A DNA stretch of 63,010 nt, filler included. It is 3 parts of 3 records of this genome, joined end to end, with 100 filler letters (N's around TTAATTAATTAA, not from the genome) between each part and the next. Parts side by side here need not be neighbours in the genome. Positions count along the whole stretch, not along the records: positions 1 to 24,814 come from SRR31156797_2742; 2 more parts are not named here. One strand, 5' to 3'. Shown here in pieces: positions 11,911-21,411 of this stretch. The notes beneath the pieces are model-generated. The model saw only the letters and a program-made list of their open reading frames with translations. It had not been told where the DNA came from and ran no database searches. How positions within the stretch are numbered: position 1 is the first letter of the stretch; each line of letters begins with the position of its first letter. The translations under genes were made by a program, and so were the position numbers.

Positions 11911-13037
11911 TGAAAGTAGATTTTTTTAAACATAATATTAATAAAGAAGATATAAAAAGAGTTAATAAAGTATTAAAATCAATATTTTTAACAAATGCCA
12001 ATGTTACTAAAGAGTTTGAAAATAACTTTTGTGAATACTTAGATTCTAAATATTGTATTGCTGTTAATTCTTGCACCGCAGCACTTCACTTATCTTTATT
12101 AGCATTAGATATAAAAGAAGGTGATGAAGTTATTACAACTCCTATGAGTTTTGTAGCAACCTCAAATGCTATTTTACATGTGGGAGCAAAACCTATTTTT
12201 GTAGATATAGAAAAAGAGACTGGAAATATAAATGCAGATTTAATTGAAAGTGCTATTACTGAGAAAACAAAAGCTATTATTCCTGTTCATTTATTTGGAA
12301 ATATGTGTGATATGAAAAAGATTAAACAAATTGCAAATAAACATAAACTTTTTATCATAGAAGATGCTGCACATTGTATAGAAGGACAAAGAGATGGAGT
12401 AAAAGTTGGTCAATTATCTAATGCAGCTTGTTTTTCTTTTTATGCCACAAAAAATATTACAAGTGGAGAGGGTGGAGCAATAACAACAAATGATGAAGAA
12501 CTTGCAAAAAAACTTTATAAATTAAGACTTCATGGAATTAATAAAGATGCCGCCTCAAGATATACAAATGGCTTTCAACATTGGGATATGGAACTTTTAG
12601 GCTGGAAATATAATATTAGTGATATACAAGCAGCTTTACTTATAGGGCAATTAGAAAAAATAGAAAAAAGGTTAGAAAAAAGAGAGAAACTTGCAAAGTA
12701 TTATGAAAAAAGTCTTAAAAAAGCACAAATAAAATTTATTACTATCCCAGAAAAAACTAAAAGTGCAAGGCATCTTTTTATTATACTTACTAAAAATAGA
12801 GATAATATAATAAAAAAGTTACAAGAAAAAAATATTCAAGTAGCTGTAAATTATAGAGCTATTCATAATTTAACTTATTATAAACAAATATTTAATTATA
12901 AACCTGAAGATTTTCCAATTGCAAATGAGTTTGGAAATAATGTTATTTCTATTCCTTTATATCCTAAACTAAAAAATAAAGAGGCCAAATATATAGTTAA
13001 TACAATTAAGAAGGTATTATTAAATAATGAAAGTTAA
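11910..13037 (+). CDS. DegT/DnrJ/EryC1/StrS sugar aminotransferase
   Basis: NSCTAALHL, EDAAH and SFYATKNITSGEGG; true start is the ATG at 11910 overlapping the upstream TAA. Confidence 0.92.
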   Translation: MKVDFFKHNINKEDIKRVNKVLKSIFLTNANVTKEFENNFCEYLDSKYCIAVNSCTAALHLSLLALDIKEGDEVITTPMSFVATSNAILHVGAKPIFVDIEKETGNINADLIESAITEKTKAIIPVHLFGNMCDMKKIKQIANKHKLFIIEDAAHCIEGQRDGVKVGQLSNAACFSFYATKNITSGEGGAITTNDEELAKKLYKLRLHGINKDAASRYTNGFQHWDMELLGWKYNISDIQAALLIGQLEKIEKRLEKREKLAKYYEKSLKKAQIKFITIPEKTKSARHLFIILTKNRDNIIKKLQEKNIQVAVNYRAIHNLTYYKQIFNYKPEDFPIANEFGNNVISIPLYPKLKNKEAKYIVNTIKKVLLNNES

Positions 13038-14583
13038 AAATATTCTTTGGTTTATCCCGGATGGAGTACGTACCGTAAAATATAATGATCCTTTTGGAAG
13101 ATTTGAGTTTTTTAAAACATTAAAGAGTGAGGGTTTTTGTGAATTTAAAAATATGTATACTGCTCATCCTAGTACATATATGTCTTTTTCTTCTTTTTTG
13201 AGAGGGACATATGCTACAAAAATTTCAAAAACTTATGGTAGTTTAAAATCATTACGTTATGAGCTAGAAACGGTAGATAAAAAACTATCTAAGTTGGGTA
13301 TGAATATATACTTTTTAACTTTTTATCCAGATGACTTAAAAGATCAAATTAATAGTAAAATTATAGATTTAGTTGAAAATAAAGAAAAGGCATTATCTGC
13401 TTATTATCAATATAAAAATGGAACAATTTTTGATGAAGAGTATGTTGAGGAATATAATAACTATATTAAATATTTTTTAGAAAATGAAGAGTTAAAGGAA
13501 CCTTTTTTTCTTTTGATACATGTAAATGTACCTTTATTTAAAGATCCAGTTAAATATTTTAACTATGATTATAATAAATATTTTGAAGAGATTTATACTT
13601 CAGCAATTTCTAAAATTGATGAAAATTCAACTGCAATAATTGTGAATTCAGACCATGGTTATCCCTTTTATAGAGAAGGTAAAGAATATAATTTTTCTCA
13701 TGATGAATTAATGTCCCAAGAGAATATAAAGGCTTCTTTTTTTATAAAACATCCTGATATAAAGGTAAAAGAGGTAGAACATAATACCTCATTAGTAGAT
13801 ATCCTTCCTACAATATATGATATTTTTAGTCTAGAATATCCAAAGTACTTAGATGGAATTAGTCTTTTTAAAACCATAGAAGAAGGTTCTTTTAATAGAG
13901 TACTTAGAGTTGAGAATAAATTCCCATTACAGAAAAAAGCAAAAGTTGTTTTAATTAAAGATGACTATAAAATAGAATATGATAGAGATAGGAAAGACTT
14001 TAAATTATTTAAAATTCAAAAGAATAGTATAAAAGAGACTTTTGTTACAGATAAAATAATGCTTACTAAATATATTTCTCTTTTTAATAAATATGAAAAA
14101 AGATTTGAAGAAGAAAGAGAAATGATTTTAAAAGAAAGTAGAAGAAATAAAGAAAAAAAAATAAAACTACTAATGAAGAAAAGAAGAAGTTTAATTATTA
14201 AGTCTAGTGATAATCCATATATAGAGGAATTTATTGAAAATTATACAAATTCAAAAAATATAATTATAGATTTAAAAAATATAAATGAATATATTAATAA
14301 AGAATTTGAACGAATTATTTTCTTAGTTAGTGAAGTATTACAAATTGATTCCTCTATTTTAGGGGAAGAATTACATTTATTAAGTTTATTTAATAATACA
14401 CCTTTATATGTTATTGATTCATATCACAATATAGAGTATTGCAATGAAATGATTGATGAATTTCTTGAAAAAAAACATAAAATATTTACTTTGAGAAGTA
14501 AAAAAAAGAATCGTTCTGAAGCTGAAAGAAATAAGATAAGAGAAGCTTTTCAAATTATTTATAAAAAGAAAGTAGAAAAGTAA
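13027..14583 (+). CDS. Sulfatase-like / alkaline-phosphatase-superfamily hydrolase or transferase
   Basis: IPDGVR (first metal Asp), TAHPSTYMS (Thr at the expected nucleophile position), NSDHG, LVDILPTI and LDGISL. Confidence 0.75.
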   Translation: MKVKNILWFIPDGVRTVKYNDPFGRFEFFKTLKSEGFCEFKNMYTAHPSTYMSFSSFLRGTYATKISKTYGSLKSLRYELETVDKKLSKLGMNIYFLTFYPDDLKDQINSKIIDLVENKEKALSAYYQYKNGTIFDEEYVEEYNNYIKYFLENEELKEPFFLLIHVNVPLFKDPVKYFNYDYNKYFEEIYTSAISKIDENSTAIIVNSDHGYPFYREGKEYNFSHDELMSQENIKASFFIKHPDIKVKEVEHNTSLVDILPTIYDIFSLEYPKYLDGISLFKTIEEGSFNRVLRVENKFPLQKKAKVVLIKDDYKIEYDRDRKDFKLFKIQKNSIKETFVTDKIMLTKYISLFNKYEKRFEEEREMILKESRRNKEKKIKLLMKKRRSLIIKSSDNPYIEEFIENYTNSKNIIIDLKNINEYINKEFERIIFLVSEVLQIDSSILGEELHLLSLFNNTPLYVIDSYHNIEYCNEMIDEFLEKKHKIFTLRSKKKNRSEAERNKIREAFQIIYKKKVEK

Positions 14584-14584
14584 T

Positions 14585-15067
14585 ATGGTTATTTGGATAA
14601 TTGGTTTACCTGGATCAGGCAAAACTACTTTGGCTAAAAAACTTCAAAAAGAAGATTCTTCTTTAAAAATACTTCATATTGATGGTGATGATATGCGAAC
14701 GATTTGGGGAGAAGATATAGGATATACTCTTGAAGATAGAAAAAAGAATTCTTTAAGGATACAAAAATTATCAAAGATATTTGAACAACAGGGTTTTACA
14801 GTCGTTGTATCGATAATGTCGATTTTTGAAGAACATAGAATAGAGAATAGAAGTTATTATGATAAATATCTAGAAATATTTTTAGATGTACCAATTAATA
14901 TTCTAAAAACAAGAAGAACTATTTATCAAGATGCAATTGAAAAAAAGATTACAAATGTTGTTGGGATAGATATTCCTTATGATAAACCCAAAACATCTGA
15001 TATAGTTTTTAAAAATAATACTTTAGAGGATATTGTTTTACAAATTAAAAAGGTAATAAATGTATAA
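14585..15067 (+). CDS. APS-kinase-like protein; probable cytidine diphosphoramidate kinase (Cj1415-like)
   Basis: GLPGSGKTT P-loop, IDGDDMR and NVVGIDIPYDKP; clustered with Cj1416-Cj1418 homologs. Confidence 0.8.
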   Translation: MVIWIIGLPGSGKTTLAKKLQKEDSSLKILHIDGDDMRTIWGEDIGYTLEDRKKNSLRIQKLSKIFEQQGFTVVVSIMSIFEEHRIENRSYYDKYLEIFLDVPINILKTRRTIYQDAIEKKITNVVGIDIPYDKPKTSDIVFKNNTLEDIVLQIKKVINV

Positions 15068-15515
15068 ATATACTCAAAATAACTTAATTAAAAACCCTAT
15101 TAAATATCAGTATAGTGATGTATCTGATACTAATTTTATAGAAGATTATATTGTACAAAGAAAAACATTTTTAAAACAAATATTGAATAGGATAACTTCA
15201 AAATTTCATATTTTTTTATCTACTATTCAACCTTTAAAGCACTCTGAAGTTCTAGAACTTCAAAAAAAATTTGAAGTAAAAAAAGTTTTTTTTGAAAATG
15301 AAAAAGAGAATATTAGTTTTTTGACATTATTTGCATTTTATTTAGTATTGGACTTAGAACAAGAATTTTGTTTTTCTTTATTTAGTACTTTATTAAAAGT
15401 CAATGATAGTCTAACTTCTATTGATATTAAAAACTTTAGTGTCTTTGAATTATCTGTACTTGAACGTTCTTTAAAAGCTGAAGAGTATTATTTTGAAAGG
15501 ATTTATTATGTATGA
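15060..15515 (+). CDS. Hypothetical protein (151 aa)
   Basis: Overlaps both neighbours in the operon; no recognised motif. Confidence 0.7.
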   Translation: MYKYTQNNLIKNPIKYQYSDVSDTNFIEDYIVQRKTFLKQILNRITSKFHIFLSTIQPLKHSEVLELQKKFEVKKVFFENEKENISFLTLFAFYLVLDLEQEFCFSLFSTLLKVNDSLTSIDIKNFSVFELSVLERSLKAEEYYFERIYYV

Positions 15516-16200
15516 TATTTCCTTTGTAGGTACATCAAATTATAGAGCTTATTTTTATCTTAAGGCAATTAAAGAGGCTAAGATAAAACTAAATAGCGTA
15601 AAAATATATAATTATAAAAAGCTAGATATATCATCTTTTAAAAATAAAAAAATTGAATATATGAATTTTAGTATAACAATTGATGAGTCATTTGAAAATT
15701 TATTGAAATATTTTGAAACTGAATTTATAGAAAAAACTTCAATAAATGATTTTACAGATGAATTAGATGAAAGTAGTAACCATATATATATTTTTTGTGG
15801 GAATGGTGGTGAAATTGTTAATAAAAATATACTAAAAAAAACAAGATTACTTCATGTTCATCCAGGGAAACTTCCTGAGTATAGAGGAAGTACAACTATA
15901 TACTATTCACTATTAAAAGAGTCTATTTGTTATGCTACAGCTTTTTTCTTAGATTCAAAAATTGATACTGGGGATATAATTAAGGAAATGAGTTTTGAAA
16001 TATTAGATGTAGATTTCGATTATCTATATGATCCATTTATTAGAACATATTTATTAATTAATATTTTAACTTTAAAAAATTTTAATACAAGAAAACAAAA
16101 AAGAGATAATAAAAAAGAGTACTATATAATTCATCCAGTTTTAAAAAAATTGGCATTAAATAAAAAAGAGATAATAGTAAAAAATGAGAAAAGTCTATAG
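15508..16200 (+). CDS. Formyltransferase-family protein
   Basis: HVHPGKLPEYRG and IDTGDII match the formyl transferase HP.lLP.yRG and D.G.I motifs; ATG at 15508 preferred. Confidence 0.8.
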   Translation: MYDISFVGTSNYRAYFYLKAIKEAKIKLNSVKIYNYKKLDISSFKNKKIEYMNFSITIDESFENLLKYFETEFIEKTSINDFTDELDESSNHIYIFCGNGGEIVNKNILKKTRLLHVHPGKLPEYRGSTTIYYSLLKESICYATAFFLDSKIDTGDIIKEMSFEILDVDFDYLYDPFIRTYLLINILTLKNFNTRKQKRDNKKEYYIIHPVLKKLALNKKEIIVKNEKSL

Positions 16201-16987
16201 ATATACAGATAATAGTAATTATTGGAATGAAAGATGGGAAAGTTCTGGTGTTGATATTACCGGATTTAAAAGTACAAATTTTTATCCTATAAAACAAGCA
16301 GAAGAGTTTTTAAAAGATTATACAGATACACAAACTATATTAGAATTAGGTTGTGGAGCAGGAAGACTATATTTTCATTATAAAAATAAAAAATATAATA
16401 TTAAAGGAATTGAATATAGTCAAGTGGCTGTAAATAATATTAAAAATGTTATAGATAATAAAGATGATGTTATTCAAGGAAATGTATTAAATCTTCCTTA
16501 TGATAATCACTTTTTTGATTATATTATTGCTTTTGGATTATTTCATAATTTAGAAGATGTTAATGATGTACAAAAAGCTTTTGATGAAACAGCCAGAGTA
16601 TTAAAAAAGAAAGGAACCTTACTCTTTTCTGTAAGATATGATTCTTTTGAAAATAATTTAATTGAAAAAATAATAAAAAGTAGAAATAAAGAAAAAAGAT
16701 TTGATAAGTTTCATAGGTTGCATTTTGATTTGGAATCAACTATTGAAATACTTAGAAAAGCTGGGTTTAAAATAAAAAATATTCAATATGAAAGAAATGT
16801 ATCTTTTTTATTTAAATATGATTTTTTTAGAATAAAAAATATGAAAGATAAAATGTTTGTAGAGTCAAAAGCACGTTCTGAAGGCTTTAAGTTGAATAAA
16901 CTCGGAGAGATTATAGATAATTTCTTACATAAGTATTTTTCTAAACATTTTTCAAATCTACTAATAGTTACTGTGGAAAAAGAATGA
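16184..16987 (+). CDS. Class I SAM-dependent methyltransferase
   Basis: ILELGCGAG motif I, LPY...FD and RVLKKKG. Confidence 0.88.
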   Translation: MRKVYRYTDNSNYWNERWESSGVDITGFKSTNFYPIKQAEEFLKDYTDTQTILELGCGAGRLYFHYKNKKYNIKGIEYSQVAVNNIKNVIDNKDDVIQGNVLNLPYDNHFFDYIIAFGLFHNLEDVNDVQKAFDETARVLKKKGTLLFSVRYDSFENNLIEKIIKSRNKEKRFDKFHRLHFDLESTIEILRKAGFKIKNIQYERNVSFLFKYDFFRIKNMKDKMFVESKARSEGFKLNKLGEIIDNFLHKYFSKHFSNLLIVTVEKE

Positions 16988-19290
16988 TGAGGCTCTCAAA
17001 AGCACAAGCTTTGCTATTTTTGAAAGATAAAGTACAAAAATCAAAAATTTTACCACCTTTAGTTTTTAAAGCTAGTAGTTTTATCCCTGAAGTAATTAAC
17101 GATATAAAAGCTTTCTTTAAAAATAATGTTATAGTTAGGTCTTCTTCTTTTGACGAAGATACTGAATACTTTTCTAATGCTGGACATTATAAGTCAATCT
17201 TAGATGTAAATATTAATAATGATGATGAAATAAGTAATGCTATAAAAGAGGTGATTTTATCTTATGGTGGACAAAACTTAGACAAAAATGAAATTTTAAT
17301 TCAACCAATGTTGAAAAATGTAGTTTATAGTGGTGTGGTTTTTACTAGTGATCTTGATTCTTTAAGCTCATATTATATAGTTAATTATGATACTAAAGGG
17401 AGTACTTCAAGTGTTACCGATGGAACAGGGAAGAATCTTAAAACATATATTGAATATAAAAATGCTTTTAATATTCAAAGAGATAGTCCTTTTCTTGATC
17501 AATTAATAAAAGCTGTTAAAGAGTTGGAGCTGATATTAGATAACTCTTTTTTAGATATTGAGTTTGGTTATGATGGAAAAGATATTTACATTTTTCAAGT
17601 AAGACCAATTGTAAAAGAGAATAAACATGATCTATCTGAAATTGATTATGAAAAAGCCCTTTATAAACTGCATAAAAAAATAAAAAAACTTAATTGTCCA
17701 CATCCAAATTTATTAGGTAATTATACTATGTATGGAGTTATGCCTGATTGGAATCCTGCAGAGATCATAGGCAAGAAACCTAAAAAACTATCTTTATCTT
17801 TATACAAAGAATTAATTACTGATTCTATTTGGGCAAATCAACGTAGTAATTATGGTTATAGAGATCTTCGCACTCATCCTTTATTAGTAAGCTTTCTTGG
17901 CGTAGCATACATAGATATTCGTGTAAGTTTTAATTCTTTTATTCCTAATTCCCTAAACAAAGAGACAGCAGAAAAGTTAGTTGAGTTTTATTTAGAGTAC
18001 TTAAAGAATAATCCATTTAAACATGATAAAGTTGAATTTGACATAATCCTTTCTTGTTATGATTTTTCAACTAACAGTAGATTGGAAAATCTTTATGCTC
18101 ATAATTTTTCAAAAGATGAGATTAATTCTATAAAAGTTAGTTTAATAGAGTTAACAAATAACGTGTTCTCTTTATATAAGGATGATTTGAATAAGATTGA
18201 AGTTTTAAAAGAAAAATATGAACTAATAATGAAATCTAATTTGTCTTTGATTGATAAAATTTATTGGCTTACAGAAGATTGTAAAAGATATGGAACTTTA
18301 CCTTTTGCTGGACTAGCAAGATGTGCTTTTATTGCTGTATCCTTTTTAAAATCATTTATTGATAAGAATATAATTTCAAATAATGAATATGTAAGCTTTA
18401 TGAATTCATTACAGACAGTATCAAAGAAGTTATCAAAAGAGTATAATGAATTAGAAATTGATTCTTTTCTAGAAAAATATGGACATTTAAGACCTGGTAC
18501 ATATGAGATAACTTCAAAACGTTATGATGAAAGTTTTCATTTGTACTTTTCTAAGACTAAAGTTAAAAGTGAAGAAAAAGAGCATTTTAGTTTTACTAAT
18601 CACCAGTTATCCCAAATAGATAATTATTTAAAAAAGTCTAAACTTAAAATTACGGCTATAGAGTTAGTAGAGTTTATTAAAAAGTCAATAGAAGCAAGAG
18701 AATATGGAAAATTTATCTTTACTAAATCATTAAGTGAAATTTTAGTTTTAATAGAAGAACTAGCTAAAAGACATAATATAAAAAAAGAAGATATGGCATA
18801 TTTAGATTTTAAAACTATTTTATCACTTTATTCTGATTTGAGTTTTGAAGATATAAAATCTTTATTTGAAAAACAAATAAAAACAAATAAGAAGCTTTAT
18901 AAAATAACACAAGGCATTAACCTTCCTGATTTATTAAAAAATGAGTTTGAAATATATAGTTTTTATAATTTGGATAGTAGTGCAAACTTTGTTACATTAA
19001 GTAGTGTTGAAGCAGAAATAGTATCAGAAGAACAACTCTATATTGAAGACTTAAAAAATAAGATTATTTGTATTAGGTCTGCAGATCCGGGATATGATTT
19101 TTTATTTACTAAAAAAATAGCAGGATTAGTCACATGTTATGGAGGTGCAAACTCACATATGGCAATTCGTTGTGCAGAATTAAATATTCCAGCGGTGATT
19201 GGTGTAGGAGAAAAGTCTTATTCAGATATAATCAAATATAATTATATTGGTATAGATTGTAATATCCAAAAGATTAAGAGAATAGGATGA
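16984..19290 (+). CDS. PEP-synthase/PPDK-like enzyme; probable L-glutamine kinase (Cj1418-like)
   Basis: IVRSSS..ED...SNAG ATP-grasp, DIEF, FQVRP, MPDWNPAEIIG, YGHLRPGTY and the phosphohistidine motif GGANSHMAIR. Confidence 0.88.
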   Translation: MMRLSKAQALLFLKDKVQKSKILPPLVFKASSFIPEVINDIKAFFKNNVIVRSSSFDEDTEYFSNAGHYKSILDVNINNDDEISNAIKEVILSYGGQNLDKNEILIQPMLKNVVYSGVVFTSDLDSLSSYYIVNYDTKGSTSSVTDGTGKNLKTYIEYKNAFNIQRDSPFLDQLIKAVKELELILDNSFLDIEFGYDGKDIYIFQVRPIVKENKHDLSEIDYEKALYKLHKKIKKLNCPHPNLLGNYTMYGVMPDWNPAEIIGKKPKKLSLSLYKELITDSIWANQRSNYGYRDLRTHPLLVSFLGVAYIDIRVSFNSFIPNSLNKETAEKLVEFYLEYLKNNPFKHDKVEFDIILSCYDFSTNSRLENLYAHNFSKDEINSIKVSLIELTNNVFSLYKDDLNKIEVLKEKYELIMKSNLSLIDKIYWLTEDCKRYGTLPFAGLARCAFIAVSFLKSFIDKNIISNNEYVSFMNSLQTVSKKLSKEYNELEIDSFLEKYGHLRPGTYEITSKRYDESFHLYFSKTKVKSEEKEHFSFTNHQLSQIDNYLKKSKLKITAIELVEFIKKSIEAREYGKFIFTKSLSEILVLIEELAKRHNIKKEDMAYLDFKTILSLYSDLSFEDIKSLFEKQIKTNKKLYKITQGINLPDLLKNEFEIYSFYNLDSSANFVTLSSVEAEIVSEEQLYIEDLKNKIICIRSADPGYDFLFTKKIAGLVTCYGGANSHMAIRCAELNIPAVIGVGEKSYSDIIKYNYIGIDCNIQKIKRIG

Positions 19291-19916
19291 AGAAAATAAT
19301 TGTTATAACTCAAAGAATTGAGTATATTGATAAATATTCAGAAATACGTGAATCATTGGATAGTAGTTATTTAATTTTATTAAGAGCCTGCGGGTATATA
19401 CCTATTGTAATATCTTACACAAGTAACATTGCTGAGGTTATGAATAAATTTAAAGTAGATGGAGTTGTTCTAAGTGGTGGGAATGATTTGAATACTTGTA
19501 ATAAAAATAAATCCTCTGCATTAAGAGATAATTTTGAAGATAAGCTTATTAGTTATTGTATAGATAATGGTATTCCAATATTAGGAATTTGTAGAGGATT
19601 ACAGGTTATTGCTAATTATTTTGGTAGTACATTTACTTCTGTAAAAAATCAGGTTGCAATTAAACATCAATTATTAGTAAATCCAAAATCATATTATTAT
19701 GAGAACTTAGTAAAATTGAAAAAAGTAAACTCTTACCATAATTATGGTGTAAAAGAGTTGTCTGTTGACTTATTTTCTAGTGCATATTCAGAGGAAGGTA
19801 TTATTAAAGCAATTGAGCATAGAAAATATAAAATATTTGCTCAGATGTGGCACCCTGAGAGGGAAGTGCCTTTAAAAAAATCTCAAATAAATATAATAAA
19901 ATCTTTTTTTGGATGA
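19287..19916 (+). CDS. Class I glutamine amidotransferase / peptidase C26; probable gamma-glutamyl-CDP-amidate hydrolase (Cj1417-like)
   Basis: LSGGND, GICRG (catalytic Cys), NSYH and MWHPER. Confidence 0.87.
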   Translation: MKKIIVITQRIEYIDKYSEIRESLDSSYLILLRACGYIPIVISYTSNIAEVMNKFKVDGVVLSGGNDLNTCNKNKSSALRDNFEDKLISYCIDNGIPILGICRGLQVIANYFGSTFTSVKNQVAIKHQLLVNPKSYYYENLVKLKKVNSYHNYGVKELSVDLFSSAYSEEGIIKAIEHRKYKIFAQMWHPEREVPLKKSQINIIKSFFG

Positions 19917-19920
19917 TAGA

Positions 19921-20652
19921 ATGAAATTAATTATACTTGCAGCAGGACAAGGTACAAGATTGCGACCTTTAACAAATAATATTCCTAAATGTATGGTAAA
20001 GTATCAAGATAAACCTTTAATTGATTATATTTTAGAAGTTACTAAAGATATTGAAAAACGATATATAGTTACAGGATATAAAAGTGAAGTTTTAAAAGAG
20101 TATCTAAAAGAACAAAACCTTACTTTTATTTATAATAAAAATTATAATAAAACTAATATGGTAACAAGTTTATTTTGTGCTAAAGAGTTTATGAATGATG
20201 ATTTAATTATTTCATACTCTGATATTATATATAAAAAAGAAGTTATTGAAAAGCTAATTAAATCGAAGTATGATATTAGTGTGGTTGTAGATAAACAATG
20301 GAAAAAATTATGGCTTCAAAGAATGCAAAATCCTCTTGATGATGCTGAGACACTGAAAATTAAAGATAATAAAATTATTGAACTAGGTAAAAAAACAAAA
20401 GATTATAGTGAGATAGAGGGTCAATATATTGGACTTATAAAGATTTCAAAAAATACAATACAAAAAATTTTAGCTTTTTATAATAATCTATCTAAAGATA
20501 GATATTACGATAATAAAGACTTTGATAATATGTATCTGACTTCTTTTATTCAACTAATAATTGATAACTTGTATGATGTAAATCCTATTTTTATAAATGG
20601 GTCTTGGTTAGAAGTTGATTGTATTGAAGATTTAAATACAAAAATGATTTAA
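19921..20652 (+). CDS. LicC-like cytidylyltransferase; probable phosphoglutamine cytidylyltransferase (Cj1416-like)
   Basis: ILAAGQGTRL.P...PKC, TNMVTSL, YSDI, DAETLK and WLEVD. Confidence 0.87.
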   Translation: MKLIILAAGQGTRLRPLTNNIPKCMVKYQDKPLIDYILEVTKDIEKRYIVTGYKSEVLKEYLKEQNLTFIYNKNYNKTNMVTSLFCAKEFMNDDLIISYSDIIYKKEVIEKLIKSKYDISVVVDKQWKKLWLQRMQNPLDDAETLKIKDNKIIELGKKTKDYSEIEGQYIGLIKISKNTIQKILAFYNNLSKDRYYDNKDFDNMYLTSFIQLIIDNLYDVNPIFINGSWLEVDCIEDLNTKMI

Positions 20653-20660
20653 GGATAATA

Positions 20661-21410
20661 ATGAATATAATGGATTTTATTTCTTTCAAACTTCTTCCTA
20701 AATTAACAGGTGAAAATAAAAAACCAAATGTGTATATAACACATTTAAATTATTTGAACTGGTTTCAACTTAAGAAATCTATAAAAAAAAGTACTCCTTA
20801 TATAAAGGGAAAATGTATAGATATTGGTTCTGGGAATTCACCTTATAAAAAATATATTATTAATAATGTTGATGAGTATATTTGTGTAGATAAAAGTAAT
20901 GTTCATCAGCATTTATTCTCTAACTCAAAAGAAAAATTCATTGATGCAGATATAAAAAACCTTCCTTTTGAGAATAATAGTTTTGATACAGTGATATTAA
21001 CTCAAGTATTAGAACATATTGATGAACCATTTAAAGCCTTAAGTGAAATAAAAAGAGTTCTTAAAAAAGATGGGATATTAATTCTATCAGTACCTTTTAT
21101 TTATCAAGCTCATGCAATACCATATGATTATTTTAGGTTTAGTGAATATGGATTGAAAAAAATATGTCAAGATTACAATTTTCACATACTTGAGTTTCAT
21201 CGACAAGGGTATTTAGGTACAACTATTTTTTCTATTTTAAATGGAGCTATATGGAATTTAATAAGTAGGAAAAAGTATTTAAGAAATACAATAGCTTTAC
21301 CTTTTTTATTATTGATTTTTAGTATAAATAATATATTAGGATTACTTCTAGATAAGATTGAACTAAAGGAATATTCTCCTAATTTTTGGCTTATTTTAAA
21401 AAGTAATTAA
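20661..21410 (+). CDS. Class I SAM-dependent methyltransferase
   Basis: DIGSGNSPY, LPF..NSFD, QVLEH and H..PYDYFRF. Confidence 0.88.
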   Translation: MNIMDFISFKLLPKLTGENKKPNVYITHLNYLNWFQLKKSIKKSTPYIKGKCIDIGSGNSPYKKYIINNVDEYICVDKSNVHQHLFSNSKEKFIDADIKNLPFENNSFDTVILTQVLEHIDEPFKALSEIKRVLKKDGILILSVPFIYQAHAIPYDYFRFSEYGLKKICQDYNFHILEFHRQGYLGTTIFSILNGAIWNLISRKKYLRNTIALPFLLLIFSINNILGLLLDKIELKEYSPNFWLILKSN

Positions 21411-21411
21411 T

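Noticed and set aside
14585-15067. True adenylylsulfate kinase (cysC) for sulfate activation
   Set aside because: No ATP sulfurylase or sulfotransferase is nearby, while Cj1416-Cj1418 homologs are; a phosphoramidate pathway kinase fits better, though cysC is not fully excluded.
16984-19290. Phosphoenolpyruvate synthase or phosphonate biosynthesis
   Set aside because: No C-terminal PEP-binding barrel follows the phosphohistidine domain, and there is no PEP mutase in the cluster.
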